From contig OZ024746.1 in the NCBI GenBank assembly GCA_964016885.1, forward strand, positions 44,888,001 through 44,952,000: 64,000 bases of DNA, written 5' to 3'. The first letter of the stretch is position 1, and each line of letters starts with the position of its first letter. This DNA comes from Eledone cirrhosa. Its lineage: Eukaryota. The notes below the pieces were generated by a model. It did not search any database and was not told the origin of the DNA. It was given only the letters and a program-made list of their open reading frames with translations. The translations under genes and the position numbers were made by a program. Of this stretch, positions 36,628 to 48,209 are shown in pieces.

Positions 36628-37981
36628 ATTTGTGTATGTGTGTGTGTATGTGTGTGTGTGTGTGTTAACGTACGAGAAAGCGTAATATAGAGACATTGAG
36701 AGTGAATGAACTAGGCAGATTAACATTGTGAGGATGAAATTGAACTGAAATATTAGAATGCGATAGATTTCATTCTAATTACCTTCCTTATTAATAACTA
36801 TTCTTACTCCTACCACCAGCTATGATTCACCATTATCTCTATATAATTTAATATCACAGACATTATATTATATTTTAACATCCTTCATGAAAATATACTT
36901 TGTTGCATATTGAGATAACCCCCGTTATTTTCACAGGCACTATGCTATTTCTAAAATAATTCCTATGAGAAAAAAAATGACATTATCATGTCGGAAGGTA
37001 TTAGTGAATTTGGTTTTCACATTTTGCGTCACCTAAACATGTTAACCCTTACTCAAGACTATGTTAAGAGCTGCAAGAACTCATTAGTGTCCATCGATTA
37101 ATTAAGTAAGCAAAGCTGCATTTCCTGTCATAGCATATTCATTTAAAAAGTTAATCTATTTAACCTTAGAATTCAGAAATTAAGTATCCAAATCAAAACA
37201 TCCTTCTTATTACAGTATTAATATAGACGTGTTCATATTCACAAGAGTTGCAAATTAAATCAGCCATTAACAACTTTTTAAAGTGTTATAGTTGATACAC
37301 GATCGTCATTCGAGTTTAATCAATATACGAATTCTTGTACAGGGGATGGGGAAAATAACAAAGACTAAATCTACAGATCACACCTTCAATAAAGATAATT
37401 ATATTTCGTCATATGAACAAGGATTGACCTAAAATACTGTCATTGGTTCTGGTTCATAACGTACTATTTTAATGTGTAGTTCGGTCTTTCTGGTAATATA
37501 ACATCATTCTACAATTGAAAGCTAGCTTCATAATAGGGATATAAAACCTAGTTATTACATTTTCTTGAAGGGAATTGCTATTATGAAAAGCAAGAATATG
37601 GAGGAATTGAAAAATATATTTCTTCACATTCAAGTATAGGTTTTTATGTCAACTGTTCCTGATAAGAAATAAGAATGGGAATACAAATGACTTATAATTA
37701 AATTTTGCAGCAACAGGAACACCACTTAGCTTTTACTGACACAAATAGTAAGCTGTATATATTTATTTCGAACAAGAAAAAAAAGCGAATACCACTGAAA
37801 GTGATAACATAATACTATTTAGATGGACAGTGGACAATTATATCTCACATAAATAGTTCGCCAAATGTGATTGAATACATAGGAATCCTGAATACATAAT
37901 GTGCCAAAAATATGATGATTTTAGTGGCTTATAGCAGAGTGAAATGAAATAGAAGGAACCCGTGTATATGTGTATTTATCA

Positions 37982-38055
37982 AAATACCACCGAGGTCAAC
38001 TTTGCCTTTCATCCTTTCGAAGTCAATAAAGAAAGGACCAGTCTAGTACTGGGAT
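37982..38055 (+). mobile_element. SINE central-domain fragment
   Basis: CACCGAGGTCAACTTTGCCTTTCATCCTTTCG..TCAATAAA..ACCAG matches the SINE core. Confidence 0.7.
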
Positions 38056-38915
38056 TAATTCTTCCTCTGTCTGGAAGAAATCTGCTGTACTTAGGCCTGG
38101 AGAGGGATTGGCTCCGCCAGGCTTAAAATGGCCAAGAAACGCTGTATGTTAATACGGCGCCCCTATGACTCTATCAGGAGTTACGAGACCATACATATAT
38201 CATTTTGTAAGCGTCCTCATATGAGAAATCACGTTGGTTTTGTCAACTCTATATAGGCCAGAAAGAACATAAGCGAAACATGTATAATAATAAATGGAGA
38301 GTCCTCGAGAAACGTAAAATCTTCATAACGGGTTTTGCATAATTGAAAATGCTCTAATTCTTCATTGTCTGAAATGCCTCAATGAATATACCATTTCCAA
38401 GACTGAAATGTTTGTATCAGTTTTAGAAAATAGAGATGTGTTAGGATCAATTGTAAGTGATATCTCTTAACACTTCATGCTCATCTTCAATTATATAAAC
38501 CTCACAATCCTAATATTCACCCAGCACTGTTGTTGTTTTGGTTATACAAGCTTCAGGATCAATATCTCGCTTAGTTTGATACCACTTTTACATTTTTGAT
38601 ACGATATTATTCTACTTCACACTCTGTATATATGATTCGCTTTCACCAACATATAGCTCCTCTGTGGATATCATCTATAGAACAAAGGAATTGCAACGTT
38701 TTCCTAGCTTGATTGGCCTTTTGTTGGACATGATAGTATTTGTCACAATTGATCTCTACGCAGAGGGATTATATTACCTCCATTAATGTGACTTTTTGCC
38801 TGAACGCAGCTGGGAGCTTTAACAAATGCTGTGTAACGTCGTTATAAAATAGATATACATAACTTCGCGCAATATAGAGCTCTCTATCTCCTTGTGGTTA
38901 TAAAACCACATTGAT

Positions 38916-39040
38916 ATGTATATGTGTGTGTGTGTGTGCTTGTGTGTGTGTGTGTGTGTGTGTGTTTGTGTGTGCTTGTGTGTGTGTGTGTGTGTATGTG
39001 TGTGTGTGTGCTTGTGTGTGTGTATGTGTGTGTGCGTATG
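38916..39040. repeat. (TG)n microsatellite
   Basis: Directly visible. Confidence 0.95.
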
Positions 39041-39649
39041 TATTCATTTTCTTAAGGTTCAACAGTGAGTCTTGTGACTCTGTAATTTCGCCTGCTTATC
39101 ACGGGGTCATCAGAGAAGAACACACAAACACACACACATATATATACAAACGCAGTAACACTCCATTTATGTATGTGTGTGTGTTCTTCACCATTTATGT
39201 GTGGATGTGTGTCTCAGTACTTGCATTTAGATTTATTCAATACGAAAGAAGATTATATTCTATATTTTCATCTTATTACTGAGAGTATATTTTATTACTA
39301 TTTGATATTCGTGCTTGACGCTGATCACGCAAATATATATATGAGCAGAATCACATCCTAGGACAATGTGGAAAAAGAAGCAATGTATAGAATACCGAGA
39401 CATTCGGCAAAAGGCCTGTAAAGAATGAAAAAAAAACATCTGTGCACATTTCTTCGGCATTCTTTCCATCAAATATTTAAGAATATACACATCGACACGT
39501 AGAGTGACTTTCGTGAATAGACAAATGCAGCTCTTTCACAAAAGTTGCCACGGACAGCGATTTGGAGAGTAAAAGTTGAGGCACAGATGGAAGGTTTCAC
39601 AATACATACTTATGTAGCCCCCTAGATACACCAACACACACACACACAC

Positions 39650-39699
<50 letters not shown>

Positions 39700-39962
39700 G
39701 GAAACATTGAAACGAAATTTCATTTCCCACTCCTAGCACGGTTGTTACTTAAATATAAGTACGTACACGTACATAAATATATGTATACAGACGTACAGTA
39801 GTATGTATATATATATATACATATATGCACACATATATATATGTACGTATGGATTCACCGAACATTTATTTTAATGCTCGGTGTGTTTGTAAACAAACAT
39901 CCCGTATTAAGCCGCAGTGTCCAGCTACCTACGTTGCTCGCCTGTTCAACACTGACAAACAA

Positions 39963-40005
39963 ACGCCGTACTAGTTTCAAGCTTACTAGCTATAGTCAGC
40001 AACGC
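39963..40005 (-). ncRNA. Hammerhead ribozyme copy with core substitution (CTGACTA)
   Basis: Reverse-complement copy of 40457-40499. Confidence 0.65.
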
Positions 40006-40456
40006 ACAGCTTCCTGCCAGATTGTTGAACGTATATACCCACCTTAAGCATATTAACGGCTGAGTAGCCCAATTTGCATATCGAGTGGGTCAATCGTCAG
40101 GCGAGCAACGATGGTTGCTGGACACTGCGGCTTAATACGGGATGTTTGTTTACAAACACACCGAGCATTATAATAAATGTTCGGGTAATCCATACGTACA
40201 TATATATATGTGTGCATGTATGTATATATATATACATACTACTGTACGTCTGTATACATATATGTATGTACGTGTACATACTTATATTTAAGTAACAGCC
40301 GTGCTAGGAGTGGGAAAGGAAATTTCGTTTCATTTTCTCCGTTTATCGTTTTCGGTGCACCCGGCCGATTGACCCACTCGATATGCAAATTGGGCTACTC
40401 AGCCGTTAATATGCATAAGGTAAGTATATACTTTCAACAATCTGGCAGGAAGGTGT

Positions 40457-40499
40457 GCGTTGCTGACGATAGCTGGTAAGCTTGAAACTAGTACAGCGT
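40457..40499 (+). ncRNA. Minimal type I hammerhead ribozyme
   Basis: GCGTTG-CTGACGA-T-AGC(tggtaa)GCT-T-GAAA-CTAG-TA-CAGCGT. Stem I GCGTTG/CAGCGT pairs with G-U wobbles, and stem III ACTAGT is palindromic. Confidence 0.8.
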
Positions 40500-40700
40500 T
40501 CTTTTGTCAGTGTTGAACAGGCGAGTAACGATGGTTGCTGGACACTGCGGCTTAATACGGGATGTTTGTTTACAAACACACCGAGCATTATAATAAATGT
40601 TCGGTGAATCCATACGTACATATATATATGTGTGCATGTATGTATATATATATACATACTACTGTACGTCTGTATACATATATGTATGTACGCGTACATA

Positions 40701-40743
<43 letters not shown>

Positions 40744-40756
40744 ATATATATATATA

Positions 40757-40946
40757 TAGGAAAATGTTTGGCCCGGCGGCAGAGCTCAAGCCGTTTCGAC
40801 GTCTATTTCTGGTCAGAAATAGTCATGGAAATTGCTTGAGCTCTGCCGTTGGGGTTAAACATTTTCCTATTACCCACTCTACTAACCTAAGTATTGAGTA
40901 CTCTGATGCGTTATGGTCCATCAGGTTCCTTACCACACCTCCTTCG
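40757..40946. mobile_element. Short non-autonomous element with a ~113-bp terminal hairpin, in (TA)n
   Basis: TAGGAAAATGTTT..AAACATTTTCCTA fold-back (40757-40869) plus a ~75-bp tail. Second copy at 60174-60362. Confidence 0.75.
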
Positions 40947-41230
40947 TTATATATATATAAATATATATGACAAGATTCGGGGTCCTGAATCTTTTTATAT
41001 TACCCACTCTATTACCCCAAGTATCGAGCACTCTGGTGGGTTAAGGTGAAGGTGATTTTTACCATACCCTATCTGTTATATATATATATATATATATATA
41101 TATGGACGGATGATGGCTGAGAGAAAAGAGTACTTAATGCCGAAGTAGAGATTTAATATTAATTAAAGGCGAATATCCAGTGTATGAGTATGTATATGTA
41201 TGAACATGTATATGTATATATATATATATA

Positions 41231-41600
41231 GAATTCACAAGAATCAAAGCTGTGTTCAAAGCATTTATTCACTTACAATTGTTTCATCCAAACCTAGGCT
41301 TGGGGTCTTCGGAGCATTTTTCAATGTTTGTACACATACTTGACCTCCTTTCCAACGCAAGAGACATACAGATGCATATATATATATATATATATGCCTA
41401 GGTTTGGATGAAACAATTGTAAGTGAATAAATGGTTTGAACACAGCTTTGATTCTTGTGAATTATATATAACTGCTCTGTAGAACAACTGATGTTATTAC
41501 ATTGAGCTATTTATCTTACTGGAAATAAGGTAATAATAAATTACTGTCCTTCACTGTTTAGGGTTTAAAATATACATAACTATAAAAAGTTTTAGTATAT
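41231..41600. mobile_element. Mini inverted PLE-pLTR-like remnant
   Basis: 41232-41299 is the reverse complement of 41396-41463. The minus strand has a TGAAAAA..GATGAAACAATTGTA hammerhead-like motif. (TA)n flanks. Confidence 0.6.
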
Positions 41601-41606
41601 ACATAA

Positions 41607-41608
<2 letters not shown>

Positions 41609-41705
<97 letters not shown>

Positions 41706-41708
41706 TAT
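41609..41708. repeat. (TA)n
   Basis: Directly visible. Confidence 0.95.
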
Positions 41709-42297
41709 AAACAAATAGTAGAAAGAAAAAATATTTTTTCAGTAGAAAATGCCGAAGAGATTCTTTCAGTGTAATATCAAAACATTTATTTATTTATAAG
41801 GATGATATTTCCGTATTTAATAATGGTACGGGTTTCAGCATCATATGCCTTGTATGCATTGTATCCGTGAAATCACTATACATATTTCAATGAATCAACT
41901 CCATCATGCATTTATGATGCAAGATAGGACAATCTCATTAGGTATTATCAACAGAATTTCTGTATATTGGTATGAGGCAGTCACCGATTCGTTATATTGT
42001 TATGAGGCTAATCAACCCTCCTGATGGAATCCAGTTCACAACACATTCTGACAGCCGGCGGCTTGTGCGTATCCCCACTCCTACATGTGCAGGCATGTCT
42101 GGCTCCAGACCTGATGAATAGTGGAGTTTCCATCCTCCATAGGAATCTCTAGTACCAGAGCCACGGAACTTTGTTGAGGAAACCCCTACTATACCTAGCC
42201 AGTAGCATCAAGCTAACTCCACTATTCCTGCTCCTTACAGGTAAGAGTTGTGATGTTAGAGGTTTCAATACTTCCAAACTGCTTCCTTCTAAACCGC

Positions 42298-42423
<126 letters not shown>

Positions 42424-42494
42424 AAGAAAAAGGGATGAAATCGAAAATGCAACTGAAGTCTTATTTTTTTAAAAGTATATATATTTATTTGATT

Positions 42495-42532
42495 CCTTTA
42501 CCGGTTTCGCAGTTCTTCTGCTTTTCAAAAGG
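42495..42532 (-). ncRNA. Minimal hammerhead-like motif (variant core TTGAAAA)
   Basis: Reverse complement of 47731-47768. Confidence 0.6.
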
Positions 42533-43044
42533 TGAGTTGAGATGGAGGGTCTGTGGTTTTTCTCACATCTGGTTGGTCTCTAAATGTTACTTGTTTTATA
42601 TGGAAAAACTGGCTCGAAAACCAAGTTTTTCGAGAAGTAATTTGATTGGTTTGTCAATAATTATAATAAATTTCGCGCCAGTTCGCGTTACAATAGTTCT
42701 TCAAATAAGAGAGGGGGGGGGTTTGTCACAGGTTGTTTTTTCATATATGAGTGTTTGAATTTCTTTTTACTTGAAAAAATGAGGCTCACGAAGGCTTTTT
42801 TTTTGGTTGGTTATAAATGAAATTTGGCTGTCACGTGAACAAGTTTTCATTACATTTTTGCGCCCTTATTTGGAAAACTATTCTGTAGTCTATAGTGAAT
42901 GTTATGACGATGGAGAGATAGTGGTCAAGGGAAAAGGGATTGGGAGAAATGTTCTGGTTCAGTGAATATGGCCAGCTGTCAGAGTTCAGGTGTCAGAGTT
43001 CAGATTTTCTATTGAGACTGAAGATATGTGTTTATTTGTGTGCT

Positions 43045-43083
<39 letters not shown>

Positions 43084-43333
43084 ATTGGAAGATGATTCTA
43101 TTAGTAGAGATGGGGGAGGGAGTTGTGTGTGTGTGTATATGGGTGTTATGTGTGTGTGTGCGAGTATGTTAGATAGAGAGAATATATATTTTTTGTGTGT
43201 GTGTATATATATATGTGTGTAGGAAAGTGGTTCTATTAGTAGAAATGGGGAGGGTGTTGTAGGTGTGGGGGTTTTTATGTGTGTGTATGGGTGTTATGTG
43301 TGTGGGAGTATGGTTAGCATGTTAAGATGAAGA

Positions 43334-43374
<41 letters not shown>

Positions 43375-43578
43375 GTGTGTGTATGTGTGTGTGTAGGAAA
43401 ATGATTCCTTTAGTAGGAATATTTTTGAATGAACATATTTTCCTGACTTTTTCGTGTTTGCTGTTGTATTGCCAGTGCAAACGTATGTTTAAGGTTTATT
43501 TAGTTCGGGTTTTTATTTTCTAAAGTAGGTGTTATGTGTGTGTGTGTATGTCATATTGTGGTGTTGACATAATGTATA

Positions 43579-45420
43579 TTAAACCTTATTTAATGTTGGT
43601 CTATATTTTTGAATAAACATATTTTCCTTATTTATTCGCATTTGTTCTGTTGTATTGTTAGCGCAAAGGTAAAATGGGAAGACTTGGAATTTGGGTGTCT
43701 TATTACTTGCGCAAATGTCTAGATGTGCACTTAGTGGTATTTGTCTCGTGGTTGGATCTCGTAATTGTTGGCGATGAACTGTCATTCTGTTTCTGAGTGT
43801 GAGTTTAGTTTGTCCTATATAATCTTCATTGCATCCTTTACATTTAATGGCATAAATTAGATTTTTTGATGAGCAAGTGAAGTGATTTTTTACAGTAAAA
43901 TTTTGTCCTGATTTAAATGTATACGTGTTGCCTTCAATGAGGTGAGTGCAGGTTCCACAATTAGAGCGACCACATTTTTTGATACTTGGTTGTGGGTTTG
44001 TGGTAGGTAATTTGGCATTGGTGAGTAATGTTTTCAGTGATTTTGGTTGTCTTTTGCTTTTGATTATTTTGTGTGTTTCAAGGGCTTTTTTCATTCTTGG
44101 GTTTTGTTTTAGTAGTGGGATGTTATTGTGAATAGTGTTGTAAGCTTCCGCATTTCTTGGGTTGTGTGTTGAGATATATGATAGAATATTGGACGTACCT
44201 TGAATTTGTTTCTGTTTCCGTAATTCATCAATGCCTATTGCTTTAGCCCTTTCTATTCCATTATTTATTAGTAATAGTGGGTACTCTCTCTCAAGTAGAA
44301 TTTCCTTTAATTCTTGAAGTCTTTTATTTCGCGTTTCATAATTGGAGACAATTGTGCAAATTCTTCTTGCTAGGTTAAAAGGAATGTTCGTCTTCGTGTG
44401 CTTTGGATGGTTGGAGGTGAATAGCAGATATTGTTTGGAATCTGTTGGTTTGTAGTGTATGTCAGTTTCGATATTTGTGTCTTTTTTTGTGATTAAGATG
44501 TCCAGAAATGGGAGTTGATCTTGGCTGTATTCCATTGTGAATTGGATGTGGTTATTGATGCCGTTTATTAAGTTTTTGAAATCCTTCAGTTGGTCGAGTG
44601 TGTGGGACCAAAGAATGAGGCAATCATCCAAGTAGCGTTTCCAATTCTCTGATAAATATTTGTGGAAGTTCAATCCGTATTTTGATTTGGACTGTTCATA
44701 TATCTGGACTTCTAAGTATGCCATGACTAAGTTGGCATAAGTTGGAGCGGCTTTTGTGCCCATCGCAGTCCCCGATATTTGCTTGTAAGTATTGCCATCG
44801 AAATCAAAAAAGTTGTTCTGTAGGATGAATTTTAATCCCTCGGTGATGAAGCTTTTTTCTATTCTGTCAGGTATCTCATTGGGATATTTCTCTAGCCAGA
44901 ATCCTATTGCTTCTAGTCCGTATTGGTGTGGGATCGTTGTGTAGAGATTCACTACATCGAAAGATACAATAATAGTGTCGTTGTTGACATGTTTGGGGAG
45001 GTGGTTTAAGAGGTCCAGATCGTCTCTTACAAGGCTTGGTATGTGTTTCAGTATTGGTTTCAGTAGTATGTCTATAAAGTTGCTCAATCTGTGTGTTTCA
45101 CATTGTGGGCCCGCTACAATTGGTCTTAATTTAAGGTCTGTGGGGTATTGTGTGTTCACGCAGGCTGAGGTGGATTGTTTACAGGCATCGTTGATTATTT
45201 TACATTTGTGGATCTTCGGAAGTCCGTAAAGGTTGCTGGTTTTGTATTCAAAATTTGTTAAATAATCGCGTTCCTTTTTAGTTAGGTCTTCCTGGTATCG
45301 ATAAATCAGTGTGTTTAATTTGGTCATTATTTTTGATTGCTGGTAGTTTTTTACTCTTTCATAGTAATTAGCATTTTGTAAGAGAGAGAACATAGAATTT
45401 TTATATTTTTCAGCCTCCAT
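43579..45420 (-). CDS. PLE RT + GIY-YIG endonuclease, 5'-truncated (613 aa)
   Basis: LYGLPKIHK, LRPIV, SFDVVNLYT, GTAMG, RYLDD, LPFLD; CGRSNCGTC linker finger (Neptune-type); NLIYAIKCKGC..YIGQT..R...H. Confidence 0.93.
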   Translation of the reverse strand: MEAEKYKNSMFSLLQNANYYERVKNYQQSKIMTKLNTLIYRYQEDLTKKERDYLTNFEYKTSNLYGLPKIHKCKIINDACKQSTSACVNTQYPTDLKLRPIVAGPQCETHRLSNFIDILLKPILKHIPSLVRDDLDLLNHLPKHVNNDTIIVSFDVVNLYTTIPHQYGLEAIGFWLEKYPNEIPDRIEKSFITEGLKFILQNNFFDFDGNTYKQISGTAMGTKAAPTYANLVMAYLEVQIYEQSKSKYGLNFHKYLSENWKRYLDDCLILWSHTLDQLKDFKNLINGINNHIQFTMEYSQDQLPFLDILITKKDTNIETDIHYKPTDSKQYLLFTSNHPKHTKTNIPFNLARRICTIVSNYETRNKRLQELKEILLEREYPLLLINNGIERAKAIGIDELRKQKQIQGTSNILSYISTHNPRNAEAYNTIHNNIPLLKQNPRMKKALETHKIIKSKRQPKSLKTLLTNAKLPTTNPQPSIKKCGRSNCGTCTHLIEGNTYTFKSGQNFTVKNHFTCSSKNLIYAIKCKGCNEDYIGQTKLTLRNRMTVHRQQLRDPTTRQIPLSAHLDICASNKTPKFQVFPFYLCANNTTEQMRINKENMFIQKYRPTLNKV

Positions 45421-45425
45421 AATGA

Positions 45426-46682
45426 TTAAAATTCATCCTACAGAACAACTTTTTTGATTTCGATGGCAATACTTACAAGCAAATATCGGGGACTGCGATG
45501 GGCACAAAAGCCGCTCCAACTTATGCCAACTTAGTCATGGCATACTTAGAAGTCCAGATATATGAACAGTCCAAATCAAAATACGGATTGAACTTCCACA
45601 AATATTTATCAGAGAATTGGAAACGCTACTTGGATGATTGCCTCATTCTTTGGTCCCACACACTCGACCAACTGAAGGATTTCAAAAACTTAATAAACGG
45701 CATCAATAACCACATCCAATTCACAATGGAATACAGCCAAGATCAACTCCCATTTCTGGACATCTTAATCACAAAAAAAGACACAAATATCGAAACTGAC
45801 ATACACTACAAACCAACAGATTCCAAACAATATCTGCTATTCACCTCCAACCATCCAAAGCACACGAAGACGAACATTCCTTTTAACCTAGCAAGAAGAA
45901 TTTGCACAATTGTCTCCAATTATGAAACGCGAAATAAAAGACTTCAAGAATTAAAGGAAATTCTACTTGAGAGAGAGTACCCACTATTACTAATAAATAA
46001 TGGAATAGAAAGGGCTAAAGCAATAGGCATTGATGAATTACGGAAACAGAAACAAATTCAAGGTACGTCCAATATTCTATCATATATCTCAACACACAAC
46101 CCAAGAAATGCGGAAGCTTACAACACTATTCACAATAACATCCCACTACTAAAACAAAACCCAAGAATGAAAAAAGCCCTTGAAACACACAAAATAATCA
46201 AAAGCAAAAGACAACCAAAATCACTGAAAACATTACTCACCAATGCCAAATTACCTACCACAAACCCACAACCAAGTATCAAAAAATGTGGTCGCTCTAA
46301 TTGTGGAACCTGCACTCACCTCATTGAAGGCAACACGTATACATTTAAATCAGGACAAAATTTTACTGTAAAAAATCACTTCACTTGCTCATCAAAAAAT
46401 CTAATTTATGCCATTAAATGTAAAGGATGCAATGAAGATTATATAGGACAAACTAAACTCACACTCAGAAACAGAATGACAGTTCATCGCCAACAATTAC
46501 GAGATCCAACCACGAGACAAATACCACTAAGTGCACATCTAGACATTTGCGCAAGTAATAAGACACCCAAATTCCAAGTCTTCCCATTTTACCTTTGCGC
46601 TAACAATACAACAGAACAAATGCGAATAAATAAGGAAAATATGTTTATTCAAAAATATAGACCAACATTAAATAAGGTTTAA
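45426..46682 (+). CDS. PLE RT C-terminal part + GIY-YIG, inverted duplicate (more truncated)
   Basis: Translation identical to the C-terminal part of 43579-45420. Confidence 0.9.
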   Translation, partial: LKFILQNNFFDFDGNTYKQISGTAMGTKAAPTYANLVMAYLEVQIYEQSKSKYGLNFHKYLSENWKRYLDDCLILWSHTLDQLKDFKNLINGINNHIQFTMEYSQDQLPFLDILITKKDTNIETDIHYKPTDSKQYLLFTSNHPKHTKTNIPFNLARRICTIVSNYETRNKRLQELKEILLEREYPLLLINNGIERAKAIGIDELRKQKQIQGTSNILSYISTHNPRNAEAYNTIHNNIPLLKQNPRMKKALETHKIIKSKRQPKSLKTLLTNAKLPTTNPQPSIKKCGRSNCGTCTHLIEGNTYTFKSGQNFTVKNHFTCSSKNLIYAIKCKGCNEDYIGQTKLTLRNRMTVHRQQLRDPTTRQIPLSAHLDICASNKTPKFQVFPFYLCANNTTEQMRINKENMFIQKYRPTLNKV

Positions 46683-46886
46683 TATACATTATGTCAACAC
46701 CACAATATGACATACACACACACACATAACACCTACTTTAGAAAATAAAAACCCGAACTAAATAAACCTTAAACATACGTTTGCACTGGCAATACAACAG
46801 CAAACACGAAAAAGTCAGGAAAATATGTTCATTCAAAAATATTCCTACTAAAGGAATCATTTTCCTACACACACACATACACACAC

Positions 46887-46925
<39 letters not shown>

Positions 46926-47175
46926 TCTTCATCTTAACATGCTAACCATACTCCCACACACATAACACCCATACACACACATAAAAACCCCCACACCTAC
47001 AACACCCTCCCCATTTCTACTAATAGAACCACTTTCCTACACACATATATATATACACACACACAAAAAATATATATTCTCTCTATCTAACATACTCGCA
47101 CACACACACATAACACCCATATACACACACACACAACTCCCTCCCCCATCTCTACTAATAGAATCATCTTCCAAT

Positions 47176-47216
<41 letters not shown>

Positions 47217-47730
47217 AGCACACAAATAAACACATATCTTCAGTCTCAATAGAAAATCTGAACTCTGACACCTGAACTCTGACAGCTGGCCATATTCACT
47301 GAACCAGAACATTTCTCCCAATCCCTTTTCCCTTGACCACTATCTCTCCATCGTCATAACATTCACTATAGACTACAGAATAGTTTTCCAAATAAGGGCG
47401 CAAAAATGTAATGAAAACTTGTTCACGTGACAGCCAAATTTCATTTATATCCAACCAAAAAAAAGCCTTCGTGAGCCTCATTTTTTCAAGTAAAAAGAAA
47501 TTCAAACACTCATATATGAAAAAACAACCTGTGACAAACCCCCCCCCCCCTCTCTTATTTGAAGAACTATTGTAACGCGAACTGGCGCGAAATTTATTAT
47601 AATTATTGACAAACCAATCAAATTACTTCTCGAAAAACTTGGTTTTCGAGCCAGTTTTTCCATATAAAACAAGTAACATTTAGAGACCAACCAGATGTGA
47701 GAAAAACCACAGACCCTCCATCTCAACTCA

Positions 47731-47768
47731 CCTTTTGAAAAGCAGAAGAACTGCGAAACCGGTAAAGG
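47731..47768 (+). ncRNA. Minimal hammerhead-like motif (variant core TTGAAAA) in pLTR
   Basis: CCTT-TTGAAAA-GCAG(aagaa)CTGC-GAAA-CCGG-TA-AAGG. Stems I and II pair perfectly, and stem III ACCGGT is palindromic. Confidence 0.65.
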
Positions 47769-47898
47769 AATCAAATAAATATATATATTTTTAAAAAAAT
47801 AAGACTTCAGTTGCATTTTCGATTTCATCCCTTTTTCTTTATACTTCCACTCGTGTAGGACACCTCGGTTATTTTTCATTTTGTAAAAAAAACCTCAC

Positions 47899-48015
<117 letters not shown>

Positions 48016-48143
48016 AAGTTATATTTAAAATTGTTGGGTTACAACTAGTAAATATTTATAACTGATATAAAAGCACTCGACAAATATTTGGAGTATATTT
48101 ACAATATTAAATAAATGGAAAACTATATTTATAAAACCATATT

Positions 48144-48209
48144 TATTTCATTATATATATTTCGGGGATATCATATTAACAATATGCTATGCCTTCATCA
48201 GACAAAATA
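48144..48209 (-). ncRNA. Type I hammerhead ribozyme in pLTR (left arm)
   Basis: Reverse complement of 54516-54581. Confidence 0.72.

Larger units (their letters stand above)
39697..40702. mobile_element. Non-coding hammerhead-bearing repeat (retrozyme / PLE pLTR-like): inverted ~400-bp unit plus ~1.4 tandem units of 420 bp, inside (TA)n
   Basis: CAGGCGAG(C/T)AACGATGG at 40098 and 40518 gives a period of 420. 39697-40096 is the reverse complement of the unit. (TA)n on both sides. Confidence 0.8.

Noticed and set aside
38250-38870. Coding-looking decayed stretch on the minus strand
   Set aside because: Multiple stops and no motif I can identify.
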